From: Lingula anatina
Taxonomy: Eukaryota; Animalia; Brachiopoda
NCBI GenBank assembly: GCA_051362555.1
Contig: CM120641.1
Coordinates: forward strand, 18,600,001 to 18,664,000
Length of the DNA stretch: 64,000 bases
Direction of reading: 5' to 3'
Within the stretch, counting starts at the first letter, position 1, and every line of letters begins with the position of its first letter. Below are positions 13,601 through 27,800 of the stretch, one piece after another. Position numbers and translations under genes: made by a program. The notes beneath the pieces are model-generated. The model was not told the DNA's origin, did no database searches, and was given only the letters and a program-made list of their open reading frames with translations.

Positions 13601-16600
13601 ATTAATCTTCTAAGAATAAAGGGAGTGTGAATGACAAAGTTCATTAACAGTGAGAAGATATTAAAGGGATAACAACTCTTTGTATGAGATCCATATTTCA
13701 CAATAAATACATTATAAACAACTTATAGAAATATAAAAGAATTCCATTTTGCCATCAATATGGTAGTTATTGCAATTATTCTTAGAATATCTGCTTGCCA
13801 TCGAACACCGTGACCACCACAGATGGCCATTGTCTGGAATAGTCCCCTAAGAGATTATTACAAAAGACCAAACTTTTTTGGAAAAAAATAAATAAAATAA
13901 ACAGGGACTAACTCTGAATGTTGGAATGGATTCATTATCCATTGGTAAGTATGGGAAAATTGACATTTACCCCAGGAAAATCCATTTTTTTGCCAAAACA
14001 AACAGTTGTTATCCCTGTAAGTCATAGGTTACAGCAATTCCAATCTCCTCCTTAGAGGGGGGAGGGGGACTGTTTGAAAGAACACATTTTTTGGCCAGCA
14101 AAATTCCACTTCTATTGAAACTGCTGTGGGCCTGTTAAATGAATCAAATGCAGCTTCCAAAATTTAGATTTAAGCAAATAGACAGGTGTGCCAAGTCAAC
14201 TGGAATGGAAAACCACACTGTGATGAGTTACTTTAAAAGATCTGTATTTTTTAATTGTCATGTATTCACAAGCATCTTTCAAAACAGTATCTTTCAAAAC
14301 AGCCATGCACGTATGACTATTTTGAAGAAAGCCCAAAGTAACATACATACAACAGCCTAGGGGGAAAAGATGAAAGCTTGTATGTAATAATATAAAATTC
14401 CAGGGATTTGGAGAATGGTACTTTTTTGTTTACCAACATTAATAATTAAAAGCACAGCAATCCTTAGATTCCTATTAAGTTCTGATAGTACCAGATGATA
14501 TGTTCATATGTTTACACACCCAACTAAAGCCTAGGTCCCAACTATATTTTGGACGCACGATTTTAATTTCCTTGCGTCCTGCTAGGACGTAGCTAGATCG
14601 CACGTAGCGGCTGTTGATCATGTCGAAAAGTTTCTACGTGCTGCTTGCGTCCTCCAAAAGTCGCACGATGGACGTGCTCCTCAGGCACGAACTCCCACGT
14701 TTTCCCCATTTTTTTGGCCGTAGACCACACGTAGCAGCCCGCACGTTCAGTTGGGACCTAGGCTTAAGACATCCTATTTACAAATGAGACTGATGTCTTG
14801 AGAAACTGTGTGTAAATGCACCAACAATTGTAATCAAATGGACTTACAAGTTTATATCGATGGAAAAAAAGGGATGTTATAATTACCTGGAAAGCCCCTC
14901 TAAAGCTCTCTCTTTTTCTAATTTCAAACTATTGAGGGCATCCCACCTGAAACAGATTTGTAAAAAATATAATACAATGTCATTATAACAGCAATATAAT
15001 ATTGATCATAAATAAAGTATCTTCATGCCAACTATTCCATGCAGCAAAACAAAAATTACATAGAGCTCCGAAATCTTGTATAGTGACTTGGAGATATTGG
15101 CCAGTTTATACAGTATTTCATCTTTTTATTTTTTCATAATATATATATTTTTTATTTTATTTATTTGTCTTTTATATGTTTTAAAACACAAGCTCATCAA
15201 GGCTATTATTTGTAATAAAAAAACACTTTAAAAAAAAGCAAATGTTGTGCAACTTATGACTTAAATGGTTAATGTAATTTGGCTGATAGTTTGCATTATA
15301 AACTACAAATCAACTCAAATATGGAGCAACAGTGAAATAGAAAGTGGAAGTTAAAAATTCACAGATTCTACAATAAGCAATGAATCAAATAGTACAATAT
15401 CATTATACTAATTGTTTTTTCTTTGTCATTTTTAATCTTAAAAGATTAAAAAAAAGTTACCCAAATCCATAGTAAGTGAACACTTTGGCTGAACTGGTTT
15501 CAGACAATAAGGCTTCGTTCACATGCAATGTCTATTTTCTAAATTCTATTTTCTATTCGCGGTATGTCTTATGATCACGGTCTGTGGCCTGAATATCCCA
15601 CGGCGTAATTACTGGCAGCGCGAGCCAGTTACTATAAGTTACTATAAGTAACTGGCTCCCGCTGCCAGTAATTACGCGGCGGGATATTCAGGGCACAGGC
15701 CGTGATCATAAGATAGCGCAAATAGAAAATAGAAATTAGAAAATAGACATTGCATGTGAACGAAGCCTAAGATAAGTAACAGATAGACCACGAGTCAGTC
15801 AGGTGTATGTGACACAAATAAGTGGAGGACATACACACATTGTTTATGTGTGGATTATCTTGCTAAAAATATAGTATAGCAGATGACAGGGAACAAAAGT
15901 CAGGTGTAGTATTCTTCACATTCATGTGTTATGTGCATGTTTGTAAGATACACTAAATTTGGATCTTTTGTTCTCAACCATCGGCTATGGTCTTAGAATA
16001 GCATCAACAGGATTTTCACCAGTAGTTCTTTTTTTTTGCAAAAACTGAACCTATCCTATTGCAATTCTGACAGTAATAAACTGGACATGCTAGTACATAC
16101 AACCTCTAGCTCAAAGAATGTAACCAATAGAGCAGAGACGGTATGTCACACTGGCAACTGTGCTGCCCTCTAGTGATCATCTGAACAAGGGCTGTGATCC
16201 AACCCATCATATTGATAGTTTATATCCATTATATTCATTTGTCCAAGTTCTAAGAACTGACAATAAGTCTGGATCATTGCCCTCTTTTTGGTAATAAAAA
16301 GGAAGAAAGAAGTGTTGCACATGCATAGACATTCAAGAAGAAAAACACACAAAATAATTATGATAATCATAAATACAGATTTGATTTGGTGTATCTTTTT
16401 TAGTTCTCTCAGAACATCTTCAACAGTATTCACTCATTTCATTTCTTAATGGTAAAACTTTTTTCATAAACTTGTGAATTGCCTTTATGTTTTGTATCTC
16501 CTTCGGAATATTCCTTATTAAGTTTACATCCTCTAGACAAGTTGAAGTATGACTATAAAATCTAATTTGAGTGTGGCAAAAATAATGGTAACCTTAATCA

Positions 16601-18810
16601 GACTAATATCAGACAACCTATATGTTGTTTGTCACTGACGTTCTTAATGAATATTGTTCTACTCAGAATGGATAAGATATAATACTACATGTAGTTAATT
16701 ATGCTTCAGAAATTTTATCATTAAGAAAAAAAAAAAGATTGCAACATGCTGATGATGTCCTCCAAAATTTAGTATTGTAGATGTCATCTCACAGTGGGTA
16801 TTTCAAACAAAAGCCTTGGGTATTTGGAAACTAACCGGTCATTGATCTCCTTTTGTCGTCTGCGCACAGCTTCTTGTTGGCTGTGTCCATTCTTTACAAA
16901 ATCATCTGCAAGCTTGTTGATTCTTTCAACTTCTCCTTTGTTAGCAGCCAGATCAGTCAATAAATTCTGAATAAAATCAATTCATTAAATGGCTAATATT
17001 TAAAAAAAAACAAAAAAAAAAAAAAAACCTTTTAATTGAACACTCTAAATTTTGATAATAATAATAAAGGTACATGTACTTCACTTTCTGGTAAAATTCT
17101 ATCAGGCTACTTTATGAAAATTTTATTATCATTTATCAAACATGTCATTTTAAGTAATACCTCAAATTTTCTCCTTAATGCTTCAACATTCTCTGTTTGG
17201 TTTTCTATATTTTGCAACAAGTGTTCCTAGAAAAAAAAAAGGCAAAATGCAGACTTATGGAATCATCAAGTAACTAAATAACACTTCTTCAATATCCCCA
17301 ACAATTTGATTCAACTTGTGATGATCTATAAGATATTAGGGATTTCATGTAATATATAATATATAAGTTTCACTTCAAGATACAAACTTACTTCAATTCA
17401 TAAATACTATATTATATACCAAAATAACCATGATAAACCAACAATTTTCTTGTGCTTCATCAGTTTACCACATGGAATACATGTAAGTAGAAAGTTCTCT
17501 AAATTTACATCCACAAAATACCTTTTTTCAAGAGTTTCAGGTCTGTGAGTGTGTGTGATGATACAGTTGGTAAATGTTGTATGTCAGTCGCATTTTTACG
17601 AGTGAACTAACTGTTACCAAGAGACTAAAGGATGTTTGAAAACTTGTCCTGGATTACATCTCAAAACAATATTTAGCAATGCAAATTATAACTCAAAACA
17701 ATAGAACAAGTAAAGTATAAGGGCATATCAAAATATCCTTATCAACTGAAAGTCAAATTTTTATCTCTTAATAATTAATCTTACTATACTGTGATGATAA
17801 AATGTTTGGAATGAGAGCATCTTAATATATCTGTGACTTATTACCTGAAAAAAGGTACATAAAACCAGGTTTTCCTCAAAATATGAATAAAATAACTCTA
17901 GACTTACTTTATCTCTTATCCAAGATTCAAACTCATCACATTCTCTGTAGAAATGAAAAAATTGGATGGCATCTTCCAAGTATAGGCGGCGTGCCTGAAT
18001 GAAAAATTAAGAAGGAAAAGATGCTTTATAATAAACAAATACACCAAGGTAAGGCTGATTAAGTACATATACCAATAAATTAATAAATAATTTAAAATCT
18101 ACATAAAGACCATATACAATCACAATTTTAAAGCAGTCAGAGACTCACTTTTACAATAAGTTAATTCTCATCTCATCTTAATTGTTCAATCCCACCAACA
18201 CTTTTCATAATCAAAATATTTCACCTTTCACAAATGTTAATGAACTCAGATACCTCACCTTGGCAAGTTTAGTAAGCCTCTTATGGGTGGAATTAATGCC
18301 CTGCTGACGTTCTTCAACATTTTCTTTGTCAAAATGAAGATTGGCTTGAGATCGCACTGAAAATTATACCAGTAGGAACAATCAATTTGACCATGGAAGT
18401 AGATATAGTTCCATGATTTGATACAAAACATTTTTAAATCCAGTATATGTTTATGTATGATAAAATGCATTTTTCTTGAATGACTTAATTGTTTAATAGG
18501 TATGTTCAGCTTAAGAACTCACAAATCAAAGGATGTCAGGTTATCTAATGAAGCCCAAAGGTGCAGAATTTGTATTTAAGACTGATTGGATTGAAATTGG
18601 TGGATGACTTAGATGATAAGACTGAACATAGTGAAAAGAGAAAAAAAGAGGTTTGAGAAAACTTCAGGCTCCAGTTGTTATATTCTCTCATGCTTCTCTC
18701 ATTCTCCCATGCTTGTTTTTTTTTTTTTTTTTAAATCCAGAACCTGGGTAGAGAGTAATACTGAACTCTACAATGCATATGAACACTTGCTTGCTTGCAT
18801 ATGCCCCCCC

Positions 18811-18876
<66 letters not shown>

Positions 18877-21800
18877 CATACATGTATACATATATGCTGT
18901 CGTACAAGCTATGAAGCCCAGAAACACATTTTTCAATTCCATCAGTTTTCTGAAATAACTGCTTTCTGGGAAACTAAATAAAAGCTGGTAAATACTAGTG
19001 CAGTAAGCAAACTATTATCTGCCCTTATTAATATAATGTATTATTGTTATGAACCTTTGTAGATAGGATGTTAATGACCCACTTGATCATTAGTGTTTAT
19101 CATTAAGCTGACATATCCATGCAAACACACTGACAAATTATTATCAAATAACTTCTTTAAATTTCTAAATCATCATTGAACTGGCAAATCTATACCCCTT
19201 GAGATGCATATATTTCTAATTTCCTTGGTGTTTTATAAATTATACAAATGACTGCGTATAGTTCAGTCAGATTTACAAAAACATTCACCAAGAAGAAAAC
19301 AATTGTATTTGGCATTGTAAGGGACCTGCGTAGCCTATGACTGTATTGATTTATATGTTACGTCACAACCAAGCTGAGGCATGATAGGCTGAACAAATAA
19401 TTCTCACAGTGGGTTTCACTTACACCTCCCTATATCAATAAAAAGGATAAAAAAATCAGGACTCTCCAGAACGCGTGATCAACTCTCAGAAGTATGGTTT
19501 GTTAGGATTAGAAAGTATCAAAGGAACACATGAGGAGAGAATCCATGCTTAATGAAATATACTTATATCCCAGAAGCAGGTATGTAAAACAATGTATAAA
19601 AAGTAATATCAATTTCAGTCATTTCTTGTAAACAAATAGAAAAATAATTATTATTAAGAAGTGAAACTGCATTTCTGCCAGGAATAATGCTGTGCTGGGA
19701 AAATAAGTTGTTTTGGCAGTAAATTCTACAGGAGGGAACTGTTTCTGGCAGAAGTCATCAGCAAGTACAAAGTTTAAGCACTGCGCTTCCACAAACACTA
19801 GCTGAATTTTGACTACGCCAGTGAAGAATGTCAATAATACCAACATGGTTTTAAAAATTTATTGTACACGGATAATTGCATCAGGTAATGGTATTTCACT
19901 TATATGATCACGTTTTTTCATTTGCATGAGCACGTTAGGTCACAAGTGTCAGTTATTTGTTGTAACCCAAGTCTGCTACATAAATCTTACTTAGAACATG
20001 AAGAAAGAAAATATCTGGATTTATCCAAAATGAAAAAAAAAAGATAGTGGTCAAAATTTAAATTACAGGTGCTTTTAAACCCTAATCAATATAACATAAA
20101 TATACCCATACAAACTACATGTACATGATTTTATTTACTGTCGAAGCCATTAAATAGTGTAAGAAAATACAAGCAGCATGAGGATGTTGACAAAACTTTC
20201 ATTCACTGACAAAATTAATGGAAAAAAAGGAAAACTCTATAAAATTAGGCTTAACTTACTCACCAAGGAAACAAAAAATCTCATTTTGAGGTGAATTACG
20301 TCTTCCAAAAAAATAATATTTTTAGTCAATGAAACTATATTTTAAATTGCCGAATTGCATTTCCAAGTTGTCTACATTTTTAACAACATGTAGAAATTCT
20401 ATTCATCCTCTCACCTGAAGGTGTTCTTCGAAGGGAGCGCCTCTTTTTCACAATCTTCTCTTTTTTATTGGTGACCTTCTTCACCTTCACTTTCTCCGGC
20501 ACTTTCACTGTTTTTTTCACCACTTTCTGTATGATTTTGGGGGTGGTTTCTTTCACATAGTTGGCAGGAACAAATCCCTCCTGGCCCGTGGATCTCCTGA
20601 CCAGCCACCATTCTTTGTTGGTTTGCTGTAGAAGCAGCATTACCTAATAGGGCAAGAAGATAATATGTATAAATAACACAGACGGTGCCCAGCACTTTCT
20701 GACAGTTTATTATACAATTTAAAACACTGTCATAAAGTGAAGAAAAAGATCTGAAAGAGAACTGATTTGCTGGAAAAATTAATTCTAAAGTAAAAAAAAA
20801 TCATATAATGAATAAAACATTATTTTTTCAAATAATGTCAAATTATTTTTAGAAGCCTGACCTTGTCTTTGCTTAAATGAAAACAAAATAACAGCATGCC
20901 ACAAAATGTCAAAAGCTTCTTTGTAAATCATATCTAAAAGCATCAAATATAAAATATCAAAATGCATGTAAGATAAAAAAAAAAAACCTCCTCAGATGTG
21001 TTTTTATGACAGGCAATATCAGTAAGCACCATGCACTTAATGTTCTCATCAATTCTACACAGTGAGTTATTAGCAAAAAAATTTTCTTTCACACTGCCTC
21101 CATCAGTAAGCCATGGCTAGGGTGAAGAACAAAAGACTATATCGACTGTATTCAACATACAGTATATCATGAACGAATGTGTTCCACGCCTCGCTGCACT
21201 CCAAGCAGTACCAACTCCAGCAAAGTGCCCATTATCTGTATACCAATCCTGGCTCTCCCTGGGATTCTTGCATAAATAAATATCAAGTCGTGTTGTTTTC
21301 TCTTTTAAATTTTCTCAAACCATGCACCATGCTAAACTGAAAATTTACGTTGGTCTTCAAATTGTAATTTACAATCTCCTGTAAGAGCAACAAGTTGCCT
21401 CAAGCACAGCATATGAAAATTGAATATTAAATCTACACTTTCAGAGTAAATTTCTGTGGTCTTTAGCCATTTACATTTTTCTTCATTAGGGAAGGCAACT
21501 GTGTCTCAAGCTATCACTATTTTCATTAGATGATTGGGGGGGGGGAGAAAGAGAGAAAGAGTGAGTGTGTCTCTGTGCTTTGATTACTGTCTTTCATTGT
21601 CATCTCTCTGAAATCACACCAGGTGCACTACTTGCTGAACAAATAGAATACCTATTAAGTGATGCTCTGCATATGTGGTGATAGTCTAAATGCTATATTC
21701 TCAATGAACGTAGAATTGTCTAGAGGATCTTCTCTTCTTCTCTAGGATGGTCTCAATTTCAATACTGTATTAAAAAGAGATTGCATTGGTATGTATATCA

Positions 21801-24800
21801 AAATGATACATGTAACATAAAAGACTCCGTTCATATGGAAAGTCTATTTTCTAAAAATCTATTTTCTATTTGCGGTATCTTGTAATCACAGTCCCTGTGC
21901 CCTGAATATCCCGAGAATTAATTACAGCTTTGGAAGTAACTGGCTCGCGCCGCCAGTAATTACGCCGCGGGATATTCAGGGCACAGGGACCGTGATTACA
22001 AGATACCGTGAATAGAAAATAGATTTTTAGAAAATAGACTTGCAATGTGAACGGGGCCTAGGACCTGTGTTCTCCATCGTCCAAGTTATGGGCAATGTGG
22101 CCCCAAGGGGCCCTAGAATCTCCTTACCATGGCCACAGATTGATTTTTCACCTGAAATTCACAGATATGTAGCTAGTTTATTCTTGATGTTTTTTTTTTT
22201 TTTTTTTTTTTTTAATGTCCAGCAAGAATTTTTACATGGGATTTATTTCATCACTCAGATGGTCCTTGCAAAGAATAGGCCCTACACATGCATCATTAAG
22301 GTATTGCACAAGCTGCATGTAAAAATTACTTCTGTATTATCTTGCATGCAGCTTGTCAATTCACTCATAATGTTTCACCTACGGTGACTTGTCTTCCATC
22401 TATCACATAACTCGCTTCTAAATTAACAGTTGCCAGGGTGTCTGGGGTTTAACACCTGCTTTTCATTACATCCCTTTTAATTATCACCTTCTACGTAATC
22501 CTATGAAATAGTCCCGCAAATCATAAACTCTGATAATAATCTTAAATAGAGACAAAAAAAGAAGCTCAAGATACAGTTATGCAACAAATTTTTTCTTTGT
22601 TTTTGTTTTTTATAGATTTTGTGTATTTTGTTAATGAAAATATGTAACTGACTTTGTCAAGAGCCAAGTGTTACATGTATGAGGTGTACGAGACATACAC
22701 ATTTATATAAATAATTGGTGATTTAAGTTACATAACCATTATAAAAGAGAAGAGAAAATGTCACTGGTTTTTCCATACAATCCCTATTCTTGCATGTACA
22801 AATTCTGTTAATGACTATTGGCAGGTTCTATTCTATTCTGACTGAAACGTGCATGATTTCATTCCAAAGTCCATAAGTTGACAACTACATTGCTAACAAG
22901 AGATCTCATATTCCAACAATGTTCCAAGGTGCCTGTGAGAGTGGGATCTTTTTGTAACCAGTCCGTCTTGATTCCTAGGGGTGATGAACTGTTTCTGCGG
23001 AGAATTTATCACAGAAAACTGTTTTTAATTTTTAAGCTGAACCTAGTGTGAATGGTACAACTTAGTATTCCATGAAGTAGCAGCTGTTTGCAGTGAGTTA
23101 TCTCCATAAAACAAAAAGCAATAACACTCATTAAAAGATAGTAGTTTCATAATGGAAGTCGCTTAATCATGTTCCAAAGCTGCAGTATCTCTGGGTGTTC
23201 TTTTCCCTGGGGGAGGAGACAACAAACACTGAGTGACGGAGATTGTGAACACAAACAGAATTTGCTGGAAAATCACTTTGGTTTTTTGTGTGACAATGAC
23301 ATAATTCTATTCCCCATGGTGGTACAACTCCTATAGCAGGTCACCATCGATATGGCACAGGTACCATTTTATGAGATATCATACAAATTCAATCTTAGTT
23401 TTTTCAGATAAATGTACAATAAATAAACTAAGTAATTTAAATTAAATTGAGCAACAAAAATATTTTGTAATTGTTTCCACAATACTGTATGGTGGCTTTG
23501 CAGTGCAAATTACATTGTAACCTGTCAGTGAACTTGCAGTAGTATAAAAAGCTGTGTGTAAGCAAAACCATTTAAGTGCACAATAAACTAAAATATATTA
23601 TAATATATAGTATAATACTATAATATTATTTAAACAGGTGCCATACCAGATATGTAAAACTCTTTAGGTTTCAATTACTAAGTTTTCAAGCCTTTTTTTT
23701 TTGTTTTTGTTTAGGTTACTAAATGGTGTGATGGCTATTAAAGATTGCACTGTGCTTACAAACTATGACATGTACATAGGGATTGCTACGAATTTTTTTT
23801 CAATTATTATATTCCACATCATACACACACTTTCAAACTGAACAGAAGTGACCTTGGGGAATCTTAATAGAAAAATAATATGAAATATACCCGGTAGGTC
23901 AAAGAAAATGGAAAAAAAAAGAGTGAAATGTTTCAAACTGCTGGAAAAATCAAATGGCCATTGTTTATTACCAAATTTACAAATACATATTTTTCAAATG
24001 TATCCTAGCTATCCACGATTTCCAAATCTACCTTGAAAAAATAAGTTTTATCCTACTTTTGAATCTCAGCTCAACCCCACTCTGCATTTTAGGTCAATGT
24101 TTTACACTATTTTAATTAAATTATTTAGTTCTAAATGTTTCTTGTAACATTTAGACGACCATGTCTCCCCTTCAGCAGAAAAAATAACATCAGGTACATT
24201 TATTTGAGAAGGCTGTAGCACTTTAAGGTCTGCATTAGGAAAGAGAAGTAGCTTTGCTTTGACATAAGAAAATGACTTTGGGACAATTGCAGATAGTGTA
24301 CCTTAAGACACTGTACTAGATTTTCATAACTATCTCAAAAGGCATTCACCAGAAAAGACCTCATCAATGTTTCCACATTCTGTTGGTTATGACGTGAATA
24401 ACAAACATTCACATCTCCATCTGTTTAACAAAACAGCTTACAGCCTTGAAAAGGGACTTTCAGGCATGAACTCATCTTATACTTTGCTTATTTTCAGGGA
24501 AACATGATGCAAGAGCTGAGAAGACATGAAAACTGCAAATGGATACCCATAAAATCTTCTCATTGCATACATTACAAAAAGAAAAGAAGATAATGCATTC
24601 CATTCTTCTATTCATGTATCAAGTTTCCGGACAGGTGGCAAATTCTGAAACTGAATTATGCTTGGTTAAGAAACCAATTTTTCTTATAAAAAATATCTCA
24701 GCTCAAAGTCCACAACAAGGTCAAGACTCAGAATGTTTTAACCACAAAAATCAACAGTTAAAGCAGTGTTAGATCACTATCAGCGCAAAGTGGACCAGAT

Positions 24801-27800
24801 GAATGATTCCATGATCACAATGGACTCCAACTACACTAATTTAACAACCAGCGAGGAAGATTTTCAAAGAAGATCACTTGAAGCCATTATCATCGGAACC
24901 ATATTCCTCCTAGCCATTATTCTTTGCTCAATCTTGGGTAACATCTCTGTCATTGTAGCAGTATGGACATATCCAAAATTATATGAGCAGAAGGCAAGTA
25001 TCTTCATAGTAAACCTCAGCATAACAGACTTGTGCAACGCCATATTTGTTATGATATGGACATGCTGTGCCCTGATCACAGACGGATGGCCATTTGGAAT
25101 CATGTGGTGCCGATTCCAATGTGCCTTTAACTACTGGTTGATCATTGTGTCAATGCAGACTTTGGCCTGGATAAGTGTTGACCGCTATCACTCCATAGCT
25201 CATCCTCTCCAATATGCAGACTATCTGACAACGAAGAAAATCATGATGATGCTCAGTTTTAGTTGGATTCTAGGACTCATCTTTGCCTTTGTGCCCGTGT
25301 TTCTAGACTGGGTGCACTATGACTATTGGGAGGTTGTTTGTGCTATTAACTGGCACTACCAACAAGATATGGCTGTATTTTATGTTGTCATAGCATTTAT
25401 TGTGTGTTTTCTCATCCCCGCTGTAATAATGGTTGGATGTTACAGCTGCATAGCCTATGCAGCCAACAAGTGTGCACGGAGAATTGAAGCTTGTGTTGTG
25501 CCACGTTCTCAGTCGATTGCCAGCGACTCCAACAGCACTGGCACCTCACAGACAACTAAGCTCATTCAAAGCAATACGAAGGTAATCAAGAGTCTCATAA
25601 TTGTTGTGGCTGTCTTTTTTGTATGCATGACCCCATTTTGTGTAACAAAACTTTTGAAAGTTGTATTCTATAACAATATTGTCCCTGGCTGGCTGAATGC
25701 TTTTTCCACTTGGGTGCAGTTTCTGAGCAGTGCCTCCAATCCTTTCATATATGGTATATTTAGAAAGGATTTCCGTATGGCCTTTAGAAGGCAGATTCGC
25801 TTTTTAAACTGTGGATTGTTTAATGTAGAACTTAGTTCTGAGTCCACATAGCTGTACATGCCCATAGGGCCATATTGCAATACAAAAAGCAGGTTTTATT
25901 AGAAGTGTAAAGAGTCTTATCATTAGAGTTTTATAATAGTAAAGGCCTAAAAAACCATTTTGTATTCTTATTTAGACTTTTGCTGTGCACTTTGATTTCT
26001 ATTATATCCTATTGATTTCTATATAATGGAAGACAGCAGATGTAAATTACATGGAAAGTCATAGTTAAAAGTAAAATGAGTTATGTTTGATGTAATGAAT
26101 GTGCAGTTATTTCTTGTAAATTTCTGAAGTCAGAAAATTTTTTGTAAGTGTTTATTGGTAATAAGTTTAAGTATAAGAAAAAGGGAAAAGATGTTGGCAA
26201 TTTTTTAAAAATATTAACTCTTATAAAAAATAGGGCATTCAAGTCTTGTGAGTAAAAAAACTTTGTCTTGTAGTCATGGTAGTAATTACTATGTTTCTCT
26301 ATCATTATCACTGTTATTGTTCATATGAATATTCTTGTAATTTATTTATTAATCTATTTATCCATTTGTTTTGCTGTAGTATGTGGATTCAGAGGTTGGC
26401 GAACTCACCATACAACAAACTAATTATTTTGGGCTTGTAACTATTTTTAAGCAAGTCTTTACAGTATTATTTCACAGTATTAATTGACATACGTCTGACA
26501 AAAACAAAGCTGTGTTTACATTAAATGTCAACCAGAAACAGTCTTGCTGACATCAGCAGGCAAACAGAATTCCTAGGGTCCCAAATCATTTTCAGAATTT
26601 CTAAACCCATGTTGGACTATCAGGTCATCTGATCAGTTGTAGAGCTTCAGGTTTAAATTAAGTCAGTTGTGAACACGGCTAGAGTATATTTTTCACGTGG
26701 CAATTAAGTAAGACCAGTGAATATTAGGTTATAAATACTTTGTCTATCCATATTTACATCAATTTGTAATATATATCCGTCACACTATATATTTATATAC
26801 ATTTAATGTAAATAAATGTCATACTGTCTATAAGATATCTGTATGTCATACATACAAAATGTTTTTATCAAGACCTTTAAATGTCATTTGTAATGCTGCC
26901 TTAGGAACTTCAGTTCATTCAAATAAATGTGGAAACATTTCTAAAACATGAGCAAAAGCTATCTATGTAGAAATCCAGAAGAAATACTACTGTAAAAAAA
27001 TCTCAAGAGCATTTTCTCTCACAAAAACTTCAAATGTCTACACAGAGCATAGACATTCTCTTTGCCAGATTCTCTGAACACCATATGGCCATGTTCATTC
27101 TTATCCACATGTCACATTAAAGGAATTGATGAACTTTAAACATGATTTTGTTGTCAACCTTACACCATCCATGATGTAAATAAAAATCAGTAAGACAGAG
27201 GTTATGGCTATAGTGATGTAACCAGATTACTGGGTGTAGCATAAAAACAACCTATCATCTGGTCTGGATCTGATTTAAAACAAGTATCAATTTTGGCAAA
27301 CTCTGGGAACTCTCCAATCTCTCAAATAAAGTTATATATAAGAAAGCACTCAATTAATGATTCGCCACCAAAACCTAATTGATTCCAAGTTAACTTATTC
27401 TTGAAATTAAATCAAAATTAGAACCTGCCCCCCCCCCCCCCCCCATTCTGTTATATATTACCTTTAACAAGGAATTTTTGTTAGATTTTGGTAGGGATCT
27501 ACTAATTAATAAATAATGGAGATTGAGCTGCAGAGGTCTGTGCTTTGATTGTTTTTCTAGTTTTTAGTTTAAATTACATACTTATCAAAATATGTCTTTT
27601 TGCTTTCTGCTAATTTCCTGTCAAAAAAAGAACTTTTTCCCTAGAAATACATTTTCCCTAGAAAAATAAAATCAGAATCACATCAACTGGCTGAGAGGAA
27701 ACAATGGCAGGAAATCCCATTACTTTCATCCTTTTTCTTATCAGATGAAATATATTTTTAATTAAATAAATATTAAGTACTTTCAAAAAAAAAAGACAAA

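Noticed and set aside
18613-18981. HT/VC-repeat ORFs
   Set aside because: Artefacts of the (CA)n microsatellite; the same applies to 34947-35243.
24799-25851. GPCR as an opsin or classical biogenic-amine receptor
   Set aside because: No Lys at 7.43 and no Asp at 3.32.
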